Part shown: positions 39,566 to 52,640 of the stretch, piece after piece | Numbering within the stretch: position 1 is the stretch's first letter | Layout of the letters: every line of letters starts with the position of its first letter | Source of the DNA: Eledone cirrhosa | Lineage: Eukaryota | Assembly (NCBI GenBank): GCA_964016885.1 | Contig: OZ024740.1 | Coordinates: forward strand, 11,594,001 to 11,658,000 | Direction of reading: 5' to 3' | DNA length: 64,000 nucleotides | The notes under the pieces: generated by a model | Told to the model about the DNA's origin: nothing | Seen by the model: only the letters and a program-made list of their open reading frames with translations | The model's database searches: none | Position numbers and translations under genes: made by a program

Positions 39566-40196
39566 TTTAAAAGTGAGGCCCACCTGTTGTTGACCCTTTT
39601 ATAGCTAGTGAAAGTTCCAGACCCCCTAGTTATTCTCTTCTTCTTCCTCCTGTATATTACAGTTATTTGGCACCCTACTACTATAAAAACCCTGTACAGA
39701 TTTAATTTAATTTTTACTTTATTTTCAGTTCAATTATGCTGGCATATATCTATAAATATTAATATATATTATCTATCTCTACTGATTCTTCATTCTTCTC
39801 CATTTTTGTATCCATATTTCAAAGGAAAAAAAATACTTAAATATTTATTCTGATTTCAGAAAACAAAAACAAAAAAAAAAATGATCATTTTTGAAATATA
39901 TTTTATAACCAAATTACAAAAAAAAGGAAGAAAAAACGAAAAAAAAAAAAATAATATAAAGACAGAAAGAAAAGAAAAAATACACCAAAAACCAACAAAC
40001 TTTAATGATAGCTCACATTTTTTCACTTAGTTATTAATATATATATATATATGTATATATGCACTTAGATATGTATGTATGTGTATATATATATATAATA
40101 TATATATAATCCATATATATATACATTCCCTGTAATAATGTTCATATACTTTTTGGCTCATTAAAAAAATTAAATAAAAAATATTAAAAAAACACC

Positions 40197-40228
<32 letters not shown>

Positions 40229-40355
40229 TTATATATATATATTTATATATATATATGTATATATATATTTATATATATATATGTATATATATATGTATAT
40301 ATATATTTATATATATATTTATATATATATGTATATATATATTTATATATATATG

Positions 40356-40451
<96 letters not shown>
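40197..40451. repeat. Imperfect (TA)n microsatellite
   Basis: Directly visible. Confidence 0.95.
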
Positions 40452-43400
40452 ATACTATGCTGTTTCTAGTTTAAAGTGGAAAATCTTTCTCTGGCAAAAA
40501 CTTTGCTATATATATATAATAGATAATATCTACTACTACTACTACATGCGTAACTGAGAGGCATGTACATTGTTATATCATTCAGCAAAAAACCTTCTCA
40601 GGCACACCATCTTACACACAAACATATATATAGTGTGTTTCTTTCAAAATTAATGCCATAAATAGTAATAAAACGAATCTGCTCAAAATTCAATGATTTT
40701 TTTCCATTCTTTATTTATTCCCCTCAAAATTTTGACAAGTTTTTTTAAAAATTCATTTTTCTATTATTATTTTTTTTAATTTAAATTTTTTTTTTAAATT
40801 GTTTTTGGTAACTTTGTTGTTTTGGCAAAATTATTGGCAAACATTAACCCAACCAAGAATTAATTAATTTTCTCCTTTTCTTTTTGTCTTGTCAGTTGTA
40901 ATTATTAATAATCTCTTTTGAACAACAATTTCACTTTAAATGGTTGGTTGCCAATATATATATATAATATTTATTTATTTATTAATTAATTTTAATAAAT
41001 TCACATTTTCATATCATGTTGACACAAATTACTCAGGATTGTAAAAGATGTTTTAAAAAATTTGAAATTTGATAGTTCCAAAAATTAAATCAGAAACCAT
41101 TATTATTATTATTTTCTTTCTTATCAAGAAGAGCAAGTCAGGTTGTTCCCAAATGATTAAATAAACTAAAATTGAGATACAAAGAAAACCCACGTACTAA
41201 TTTTCCATTATGTAACATGTGTATGATTGCATAAATTTGAAATGGAGCAAAAATTATTTCGCATTCTATTTTAAAAGAAATATTTTTCTTTTATTTTGAC
41301 ATTACGTATCTAAACTGTTTAAATATTACCATATATATATATATATTTATATATATTTCTTTTCCTTCAATACCAAAAGTGCCTTCAATCTCTCTCTCAA
41401 AAGAAAAAAATAATTCCACATTTGATATCTAGCGAATTTCTTACAGTATTTTTCTTTTAGAAGGAAGAAGAATCGTTTATATTTTATATTGTATAACTAT
41501 ATATATATATATACACATACATGTATATATATATACACACACTCATACATACATATACATTACATTTCATTTAGGTTTTACATTGTTGTCTATGTTTGGC
41601 ATCATCATATCCTTCCTCCTCTTCAATATCTTGTGACCATATCAAGCTGATATCAACACCCCCTTAAATACCCTTTCAATTAATCTTCTTATCCCTTCTC
41701 CCTTGTTTTCTATAATAGTTTATTACACAGTTTTACCATTTCCCAGCAGTCTATAACACTAATTCTTTGTCTTGTTTTCACTTTTCTTCTATTCTCTCTC
41801 CCACCCCCTTCTCTTTGTCTCTCTCCAGAATAGTTTTTTCCATAACCTTCCTGCTTACAAAAAACCATCCATTATTGTTGTTGACTTCAGAACTGACATT
41901 CAAAACCTAAATTCTTCCATGTTCTGATGTGTATCTTTCTCAGAAAAATTTCCAAAGATCATCAAAGACCATGTCTTTGTTCTAATATATATATTTAAGG
42001 GTGGGGGGGAAGTAGAGTGTGGGGTTGGGATGCAAAGAAATATTTAATTTTAGTTCTTTGATTGAGTTTAGTTGGCAATCTTGAAGTTGATTAGCTTCTG
42101 TGACCATTATTACCCATCTTTAAATCTTCCATTTCACTGTTATTCCAGTTTGCTATCACATCTAAAAACCGTTCCAGAAATTTTCTCTCTTCTCAGGTAT
42201 TCTTCACTGGCAATTATTGCCATTGGCTATACACACAAACCAGTGTATTATAACCAGGATTAAAATTCCAGACCTATCTATATTGTTCTGAGTTCAAATC
42301 TTGCAGTAGTTTACTTTACTTTTCATCCTTCTGGGGTTGATAAAGTGCTGAGACTAATCTAGCAATTGACCCCACCCTTCAAAAAAAGGGGGGGGGGCTT
42401 TATGCTGATGTTAGAAACTATTATAAAAGCATGGGTTTATATCCCATTGTTACCACATTTTATTTCAACTTTTTACACCAATCCACTCAAAACCATTTCT
42501 ACTTTTATGAAACAAAAATCACCCATTTCAAAGGGCTCCTCTTTGAATTAAGACTTTCAAACATAATTTTATATAAGAATATTTTGTTATGTTACATATA
42601 TCATCTTAATGAAATTATAATTATAGTAAATCCTTCCCAAATTCTTTAATTAGAAATATAGCAACAAAGAGTTTAGGACAAGCTTTGGATTTACAGAATT
42701 ATTAAATCATCGAACAAAATGCCTTAGTTATAGCCAAAAGCTGCCAAAATATACTTTGTTTTTCAAAGTACCAGTCAAATACTGAGGTAGATTTAACCAA
42801 CTATTCCTTTCCCTAAATTTATTGCCTTGTGGCAGTGAATTAATAGAATCATGAGAGCATTGGACAAAATCCTTTTTAGCATTTGTTCTGACTCTGAGTT
42901 CAAATCTGACTGAAGTCAACTTTTCCTTTCATCTTTCCATGGTTGATATAATTGACTTTCCCCTACTCCAAAATTGCTGGCCTTGTGCTAAATGTAGAAA
43001 CATTATTATTATTACATTGCAATTATTTTACTATTCTTTATCTTTTATTTTTGTTTATTATAATTTTTTATCCTGTTTTATTTATTTGTTTTATTTTGCA
43101 TATTCTGTTAATTTAAAAAAGAAAATTATTTTAATTTATATAATTATATTTCTTAATTGTATGTCAATGTAATTGTTTTCGTGTAAAATTTTGCTTTTTT
43201 TTGTGTGTTTCTGCCCTTTGAGTGTGAAAGGGGTGGAAATAGGGTGGGAATGGTCAATGCTTTTAGGTTTGTCTTACATTCCAAGATCTTAACCCTCAGG
43301 ATAGTTTCACGTCAATATTTTCAGAATTCCCATCTAATCTGCTAGAACTAAACTTTGAATCAACATCTGAAAGAATTCAGAATTATTAAACAATATTGAA

Positions 43401-43765
43401 GGTAAAAGTTGTTAACATACAAAGATTTTTTAAAAAAAGGATTTTGGTTAATCTTTTTCTCCAGAATTATTACCAATATTAAAATTAATTTTTGGCTGAC
43501 ATCTAAAAAAAACCCAAAACAATTCTACATTCCAAAATTATTAACAATATTTTGTTGATATGAATCAAACAAAAAGAAAAAAAATATTAACCCACATTCC
43601 ACAATTATTCCAAAGAAATATTTAAAGAAATTTTCTGTTTTTTGCCCTTCTGCACATGTACATACACATACACTCACTCACACATGTACACACACACATG
43701 TATGTACACACTTTTCTCAGAGTTAAGATTCTTAACCAGTACCCATACAAGTTTCTGTTTTATAT

Positions 43766-43828
<63 letters not shown>

Positions 43829-44072
43829 TTTTATAATCGTTTCTTTCAGTGTTGCTTTATTGAGGTTCACTTTTTTTCTTAACATTGTAACCCTTGTAAT
43901 ATATATCCCCTCATATATAACCCTTATACATATCCATATAACCCTTATATATATCCACATAGCCCTTGTAATATATATCCCCTGATATATCCATGTATCC
44001 CTTGTAATTATATTCACCCCTTTTAGACAAATATTTGCTAGCAATATATAAACAGTAGGTATTTCTTATCTA

Positions 44073-44290
44073 GGGCAGTGGATTGGCAGAATCGGTAGAG
44101 CGTCAGACACCATGCTTTGCAACATAGAGTTATGGCCCTTTACGTTCTGAGTTCAAATCCTGCCAAGGTTAGCTTTGACTTTCACCCTTACGGGTTCGAC
44201 AGAATAAAGCACCAGTATTGAACTGGGGTCAATTTAATTGACTTTTCCCTCCCTACAAATTACTGGCCTTGTACCTATACTAGAAATCAT
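44073..44290 (+). mobile_element. tRNA-derived SINE, family 1
   Basis: A and B boxes plus the family core; more decayed copies at ~13810, ~42285 and ~42830. Confidence 0.82.
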
Positions 44291-47200
44291 TTCTAATCTG
44301 AGAAGAGACTATTTCTAAATGTACACCTAAAAACTGTGTAATGATGGCAGTTTTCTCCTTTCTTTAAACAATTTCTACAATGTACTTTTTTGTTTATGTA
44401 CAAGCATCATTCTTCATCTACTTTCTTTTAAGGAAGAAAAAAACAACAGCTTAGTTTTTCTAATTATCTCATTAGAGAAGAAGGGTTTTCATTATATACA
44501 TTTGCCCTTGAAGACAAAAAACCTGTGATTTTTCTTACCTCAATTTTATTAAAATAATGTTAGAGCTTGAGAGGGAAGACTTCTATAATATGTATTTTGA
44601 GAGACGTTACTGTTGTTGATACTATCAAATATCTTCTATCTGCTCTGTTTCATCATAAATATGGTCATAGTATAGATGAGACAGATCTTATGCTTTAAGA
44701 TTAACCTAAAATGTACACATAATAATATCTGTCTGAAATAAACTTTAGTGTTTGTTCAGTGGCCTCACTATAACCTTGACAGAGACAGCTTTTGTGAAAA
44801 TTTAGTGTGTATCTATTTTAAAGATAGTTTACCCTTTCCTGAAAACTGTTTGTGGCTGCTAAATTTAGCAGCTACATATAAATAGATGTTACGTCAACAC
44901 TATTGCTAAAGCTAGAATATACTCGTAAAATATATAAATAGTATACATTATTTCATCATTGAAAGTTATGCCTTTTGCTTATAAACTAACATATTTTAGG
45001 TAAATGTGAGATGAAGTTGATGGTAATTACATGTGGGTGTTGTTTAGCCCTTAAATCAGCTCAGATTAACTAGATCTATGATCAAAGATGTGTCTTAACC
45101 ATAATCACATCTTTTATATTTTCAGATAGTGTATATAGGAACAACTGTGTGTATTCAGTTTAGAATAAATACACTGCTTGTCATAAGAGGTAACTAAAAG
45201 GGTTGGCACTAGGAAGGGCATTTGGCTGTAAAATATTGCTTTGAAAAGACCCTCTGATAAGTATGAAACCTGCCATGGCTCTCAAAGTTAATCCTGCTTC
45301 AGCAGGAAAAAAGGCCCACAAAATGCTTTTTCTTTTCTTTTACAGTATATGTAGGAGCACATACAATGTGTCCTTCACATATTTTAAAATGATAGAATAT
45401 TGTGAAAGAAATGTTATTTCCAGCAGATCTGGCAACCATATAAAGGCTTTCTTTCTTCTTTAACCCTTATCTTGAGGTGTTAAGGTTCAAGAAACACATT
45501 TCTGTTGTGAATCTAGTATTTACAGACACACCACCTTCTATAATGCTTTAACTTAACGTTGGCCATTAGTGTAAAGAAATACAGTATCTTTCATATCATT
45601 TTGAAATAATAGGACAGTCTTAGTAAAATCACTAATTTTGCAATGTTAAGCAGTTGTTCAGAACATAACTAAAATTGATAGGTTTTTAATTTAAATATGA
45701 AATCTTTAAAAAGTTTTCTATCAAAAAACTAGAGTTAGTTTTAAGAAGGTTAATAGTAAAACGATTAACATCTTAAATATTTGTTTGTTTGCTATTGTGA
45801 GTGTTGGTCATTTTATGTAACAGCAGTGGTTAAACTGCTCTAACTTATCCAACATTATTTCAAGTAGTAAAAGAGAAGAGAAACTTAAGATATTATTTAT
45901 TGATGATTAATTAATTTATTTAAACAAATGCAGTCATCTTGGTTGATATAATTATATTTCGGCTGTTGTCCTCCCTGACATGTTGCAGGTATCTGTAATG
46001 TTCTCAGAATTATTCAAACGACTTTGGGTAGATTGTTCTCTTTCCATTGTCCATGCTTTGAGCATCATTGTATTTGTTAGTTATGATGTCACTTAATTGT
46101 TCCAGTTAAAATAGGGACAAAATTTCTGAATATATTTATCCATCCATCCATTGATATCAATATTTAATTATATAAATTATAGTCTCAGCTACTTCATGTT
46201 AACTTTATTGACTGAGCTTGTTTTAGTAGTAATAAGATGTAGTAAGATTTGTTGTGAGTGTGTGTGTTAAATATTAAGACAATTACGTGTCTGATGTATT
46301 AATTTCACTAAGGCTCTCTTCCATTGTATGTTGTTATAGCTAGCATATCTTTATTTTGGTGATCTTCTCTCTCTCTATATATATATGTGTGTGCAACTGT
46401 AACAACTGCTGTATAGGGGCCTGGAACCTATACAAAGATGGTAAGTAATTTACTTTTTAAGAATTCCATCCAAAACCTATTATTGAAAATGCATGTTGCT
46501 TTTCATTCTTTGTCTATATGTGTTTTACTTTGTACCCTTGAAGCAAATATCTTTTGTTGTTGTTTTTAATGCTTTTTGTTGCACCTTCTTTTGTTTTTCT
46601 TAATGTTCTATGACAGATATTCCATGTTCTCTATAGATATTAGTCAAATTATTGTTGTATAATAGTTTTGCCTTGTGGTATTTTAATATATTTTTGATGT
46701 GACACTTTGGAAATAAAAAAAGAAATAGATTTTCTTGTTTTAAATAAGAAGAGATCAGAATAGGCAGGAACAACACATTATATGTTTTATTAGTGTATTA
46801 AGTAAAAGTTGTATCTCAGTTATCAACCATTTGTTTTACCGAATTCTGTTGACAAACCAATTGTTTATACAAAGAAGATGATGATGATGATGCATTTATG
46901 TAGATATTTCCTGTGAGATATCATTTATAGTAGATATCTTTCGGTTTTGCAGTTGTCACAACATTTATATTTAACTTCATTCCATTATGAGTAGCAGCAG
47001 CTTGTAGTTAACCTTGTGACAGACATCCTGTATTTTCAGTTGTTTAATGCCATACAAAACCTAGACTGACGACCTTTCAGATTCAAGAAATACTTTAAAG
47101 GGGGTTACATCACATCATATCTTGAAAATATACCCCAATTTCTATTAGCTGTCTCGCCTACTGAGATAATTTATTAGAAGTGTTGTGTCACTCTAAAATA

Positions 47201-48803
47201 TATTGAATATTGACATTGGTTTTATATCATAACATCATAGAATATTGAAATAGAATTGCTATGAGGAATGGAGGAAAGTTTAATGTGCCAGACTCTTCTT
47301 GCCCTTTAATGGCTAATAAATAGCAAAGATTTAACAATGGTAGTCTTTTACCTGGTTGCTACTGCAATGTCATATGTAAAATAAAATGACCACTCCACAG
47401 ACCCCAAAATGTACTAATGTACAATACAAGGTATTGAAAAATATACAAAACTGGCAAGCTGTTAACTAAGAACATCTGTTATAGCAAATGGTATTGGGTT
47501 TCTCTGATGAAAATTAGATCAAGAGAATAATTTACCATTTTTTGCTCATCAATAATGTACAAGATCCTTCTGTAGACCTGAGTTATTTTTGGAAAGCTGC
47601 TGACTTTAATTCACGACATTGGTGATGAAGCAAGAAAATAATCAGTTCTGCTAGCAGACCTGACTTTTTAGCATTGCAACAGATATTTTCTGAAGTTAAT
47701 AACACTAATGTATATTCTTTAAACAGTCACATATTTCAATTAATTGCAAAGCCTCGGAATTATTGAATCATTTCATAACATTGTTTGAGAAACATTTCTA
47801 TAAATATGGTAAGTAACAATGAGAATCATTTTATTGTTTTTTGAAAGATCCATATCTTTTCTCAAACTAAACTAGCTCTCTTAACTTGGTCTGATGTTAA
47901 AACAAATCTGAGACTTTTCTAGCTAAATGTTTACTGATTATAACATTTTTCAAGAATCCTGTTCTTTGTTTTGGCATAAATTGGCAAATATTGGTATTGA
48001 ACGAGAGATTTATTAACCTCAACGTTGTTGAAATTGCAGAGTGCCATCATCAGGTGTTGTTCAGTGCTGACCTTGGTTTGAAAGTGTTGGAAGTGTTCAT
48101 AAAAACGGTAAGGTCCCCTGATCAATGACTAATACACTATTACTACTACAACTACAGAAGCTGATCTTGTTAAGGACATGTTGAGTGAGGGAGAGAGAGA
48201 GAACGTTTACTGCCACCACTCACGACTGCTCTCAACAGTTTACACTGAAATTTAGTTAATACAGCCTGCTGGATAGCGTTAGTCGGACAAAGATTTCTCA
48301 GTTATAGGTGCTTAGAGTATAAAGTATACAAGAAAATACAGCAGATATTGGTGTCTGCATCTTGTGAAGGAAAAAAAAGATAAAAAGAATTTGATCGTTT
48401 TCCATGATACTTTTTCACATATATATATAGTGTGCGTGTGAAGCAGTGTTAGTCATTCAGTCACAATGATCATATTATTGACCACAGGATTTTTAAGGTA
48501 AGTCTCTTTATATTTTCCTCTGCCTCACGGTTTGTATATCAATAAAAAGAATTACCTTACGAAATGGTCTTCTTTGTTAGTTTATACAGAGATTGAAAGA
48601 TTTGAAATTTCAATGATTTTTTTTAGGGAAAACAACAACAAACATATTGCGTTTTAATAAAGCAACGATAAGCGAAATAACTTCAGTATAGATTTATTTT
48701 AGATGTACACTCTCCCTTCGTATTTTAGTCGAAACATCAATGCTACCTGTTTGTCATTTCGGGACAGGTAAATTAATAGACGTAGGTAATTAGTTAAATG
48801 ATC

Positions 48804-48846
<43 letters not shown>

Positions 48847-51354
48847 TGTGGACGGTGTCAGCTGAGCAAGGATAGATAACTCTTGTCTTAACTACATGAA
48901 CAACTTTTTTTTGTCCATATAACGTAATGTTAGAGGAGTTGGTATTTCCTCAAGATATATTAGCTTAGTGACTATATATTTGTGGTGGGATATATAATAT
49001 AACGGCTGTGAATTCAAGTCTGGCAGCAAATTTCTGTTCGCAGTCTACTAATCTGCGCAAATAATGTTTTTTGTTATTAATCTAGACTAGGAATTAGAAT
49101 TAAAGAGGAAATAAACTGAAATCTCTTAACATTTAATGTAATTCTCCACATAATCAAGTATATGTTAAGATTTTTCATAAAAAAAGCAATGGCGTGATTA
49201 GACAATTGCAGCTGGGAGAGGTAACTTGATAATCCCGTTAGCTGTAAATATGGATGTTGTGTATAATAGAATGTAGCGATTTCGATCTATGAAAGTTTAT
49301 GTATAATACGGAGGCCTTTTTAGTACATAGGATATAAACAAAACAGCAATGTAGATACTAATGTCGACATAGTATTGGGAATAATTCATCCACTATATAA
49401 TTTATAATCCTATTTATACTCTAATTAAATATTTATAAAAAAGACGGAATTATTTTGTACGTTAACACCCATTGTGGAAAGGGGAGGTAATCCCTACCCC
49501 GACTGCTCTCCTGTGACAACTATGTTACAATAGAATTATGTCGACGTGGTTCCACTGATCGTTTCCTTATTGTTGGAGAGAGAAATGCATAAAACTTGGA
49601 TTAAAATATGCCCATTAGCTGTCTTTGTATGCAAGATATCTAATAAACAGCGTTGTAGTTGCGTAGTTATATTTATGTAGGTTTTGTATCAAGACAATTT
49701 AACCCGCATACTTACAACAAAAAAAAAGTCAACTGGGGACGGGTGCTATGTAGTTGCTTGAACTGCTAGACATATGAACTAAATCTACTAGTCTTATAAA
49801 TGAAAGTGAAAGGACATGCACACGCTGTCTAAAATAAAAGATGGGATGTTCATATCTGGAACGCCTTTGGTTATATGTCTAATCAGGGATGGCTAAAAAA
49901 ACTGCACCAAAATGTTTTGTAAAGTAAGAGCTTCTATGATGTCCATCTGTAAGAACGAGTCCCCGCAAGGTAGATTCTATTTCAGTGTATCGTCATTCAT
50001 CGGAGAGACATGTAATTGCTATTTTGTCCGCCGGGACCATGAGTCGTTGTTTTCGACATGAAAAAACAAACTAGCTACTTTAGTCAGAAGAGCAGCCATG
50101 GAAATCATTCAGATCTTGATTATCTCCCTTAATTTAAAAAAAAATTCCGACAGCTGCCATCTTTATAATTTGGTTTACGTTTTACTCACCAAATCCTTGT
50201 CTTTATTGAATATTGAAAAACATACAGGATTATATTACATTGTTAACTGGATTCTAGATATATATATTACTTCTTTTCTACACACTGCTCAAATTTTAGT
50301 TTTATTAAAACTTCACGACTATTTTACTTCCTGTGTATATACTTAATGATATTGAAAACATTTACACATTTTTTTCTCTCTTCCAAAAATATTTGCGGTA
50401 AATTAGTGTTTGTTCACATATGACTCTTTAAACCTGTTTGTCACTACATTTCAAACGAAATACATCATCTGTTTTTAACGTCGCGAACCTGTTATAGATA
50501 AACTACGATTTCATAACTTTTTTTTTTGTTTTTTTGTGAGCGCCTGATTCAAAGTGGAAATTTTCTTAAATGTTCTCATTAACTTTCCTAGTGATGAGAT
50601 AAGCTAAAATTAAATACACATAACTGGAATGAGTAAAAGAGTTTAGTTGTTTTCTGCACCTATATGAAGTCCAAACGTTTATCTGGTCTAAACATTTGTA
50701 TTGTCAAATGTGTGTATGTACACACACATATGTGTGGTTAGAACACTCAGCCGGTACCTGAAAGATACGAAGTTCGATTCTTTGTAGCGACCGCTGGCCA
50801 TTTTTTCTTATTTATAAGTCACTTTAGACACAATAATATATGAAATAAGTTCTTTTTTTGGTTTTCGTCCTTCCGGTGCGTGAAAGAAAAAAAAAATGGT
50901 TGCAGTAGACAAGCACTGAGGAGGGGTGGTATATGTCCTAGGCTTAGAAGCTTCATCAAGTAAGAGTTTATCCTCGTTTTATTGGCACGTCAACCCACAG
51001 CTGTTGATAATACTCATTTTCACAGCTAAATGAATAGGAATAACATCTAAAGAAATGTCTTGCTGCCTACTTCAGGAATCGAACTCACGATAGAGTGCAA
51101 CATCCAAACCACTAGACCGTGCATCTCAAGTTATATGATGAAAATTGACAAGTTGAAATTAGTTTTCCCTATGGAAGTGGAAAGATTGTAACACTATTTT
51201 TTTTATTATACAGAGCATATAAATAAATTTACAGTAGAATAACATAACAAATATGTTTTAAATATATACATAGATAACAAATTGCTCGCGATTTTTTTCA
51301 GAAAGATATATTCTTTTAATGTTACAATATTAAAGAAAATGTAAAGGTAGGGGT

Positions 51355-51610
51355 GAACAGCCGAGCGCCGAGCAAAAGACAGCAGCGAGGGGTTCTGGGC
51401 AACCTCTCTAATGATTTTTGAGGCAAGCCAGCACACTCGCAGCGTTAATTCGGGTGATGGCGAGGCTAATGCGCTGGAACAACCAAGCGCCCTCGCGAGA
51501 TTCGCCAGTTACCTTTATTAGGCAGTGAAGAGGGGAATCTCGCAGTCAGCCGCCCGACTCCTCCAAACGTCTCGAAAGCCACAAAACTTGTTCCACGTCC
51601 ACCCGGGTGA
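51355..51610. promoter_or_regulatory. CpG-rich non-coding island (putative enhancer or conserved non-coding element)
   Basis: Abrupt GC/CpG enrichment in an AT-rich background; several TAAT/TTTATT motifs; no convincing ORF and no similarity to other repeats in the window. Confidence 0.35.
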
Positions 51611-52159
51611 TCAAGCAACACTTTCTACTTCGTTATGGTGATTAAATATATCTGGGGTTCCTTTATCTAAATATTGTCTGTGCTAAATCAGTTATTTCAG
51701 ACACTATTTTTACAGCTACTTCTCTCTCGTGACAGACAACCTCATACACCCCTCCATGGTCGCTTGAGCGGTTTTTAAAAAAGTCTCTGCACATTAGAAG
51801 AAAAAAAAATAGATGGGATGGTCATGGATGAGATACCTTTCATCACAGTTGACCCGCTAACAACTCTCATGGATTATATACAAAGTAAAAACAACAGCAC
51901 CGTGGAAAAATATAAGCACAAACATTTTATTCTTAAATTCCAAATCGTGAACATCTTTTTTTTATATTTATCAAGACAATCCTTCACCGGTTAAGGATAG
52001 GATTTTAATATTTTTGGTTACTTTTTCTTTTATTAATCAAAAATAAATTGAACCGTGATGAAGTTAGTCACTCAAAACTACTTGCACTCTATATTTATTT
52101 TTATTGTTTTGTATAATAATTGATATTAAAACCACTTCGGGACAGAACTATGATGGTGG

Positions 52160-52342
52160 GGTGAAAAATTCATAGGATGACTATGAAGGAGTGAAGCTAC
52201 AGCTGCGAAATTATGCATGCATTAATTTCAACTCTTCTCATTAATAACTGCATTGTTTCTTTCTAGGGACTTTGTTGAAAAATAAACCTCATTTGGTTAT
52301 TTCATGAGAGTATCTTGGTCAGCCTATGAACTTTTCAGTCGC
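52160..52342. mobile_element. Decayed mariner-type MITE (same family as 59440-59633, opposite orientation)
   Basis: TTCATAGG.TGACTATGAAGGAGT and AAACCTCATTTGGTTATT..CAT.AGAGTATCTTGG..GCCTATGAACTTTTCAGT are complementary to the 59440 copy. Confidence 0.65.
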
Positions 52343-52544
52343 AGAGTTGTATTTAATAACATTTTTTTTCATTACAAAATAAAAGAAAAATAAGCGTGTA
52401 TAGTTATGTATATTTAATGACTTAAGATCTAAGGTGCAACTTGGAGGATAAAAATAATCTATATACATATAATATTTTCATGATGATAGAGTTTAGTGCT
52501 TCACTTTAATTTAATATTTGCTTCAGATGAAAACTAAAAGTGAA

Positions 52545-52640
52545 GACGGCCGGGGGCGGCCAGCACGTGGGACCCCATTTGCACAAAATAGAGAGAGATG
52601 GAGGCGATGACAGTGGGAGTTCGGCTCTCCCGTGGTACTT
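52545..52640. promoter_or_regulatory. GC box / E-box cluster (putative regulatory element)
   Basis: GGGGGCGG GC box, CACGTG E-box and octamer-like ATTTGCAC within ~40 bp. Confidence 0.35.

Noticed and set aside
40215-40469. YI-repeat ORFs and similar short HT/CV-rich ORFs across the window
   Set aside because: Microsatellite translations.
47931-48125. 64-aa - strand ORF as the last exon of a separate gene
   Set aside because: No recognisable homology and no supporting upstream - strand exons were found; kept only as a caveat to the + strand exon-chain finding.
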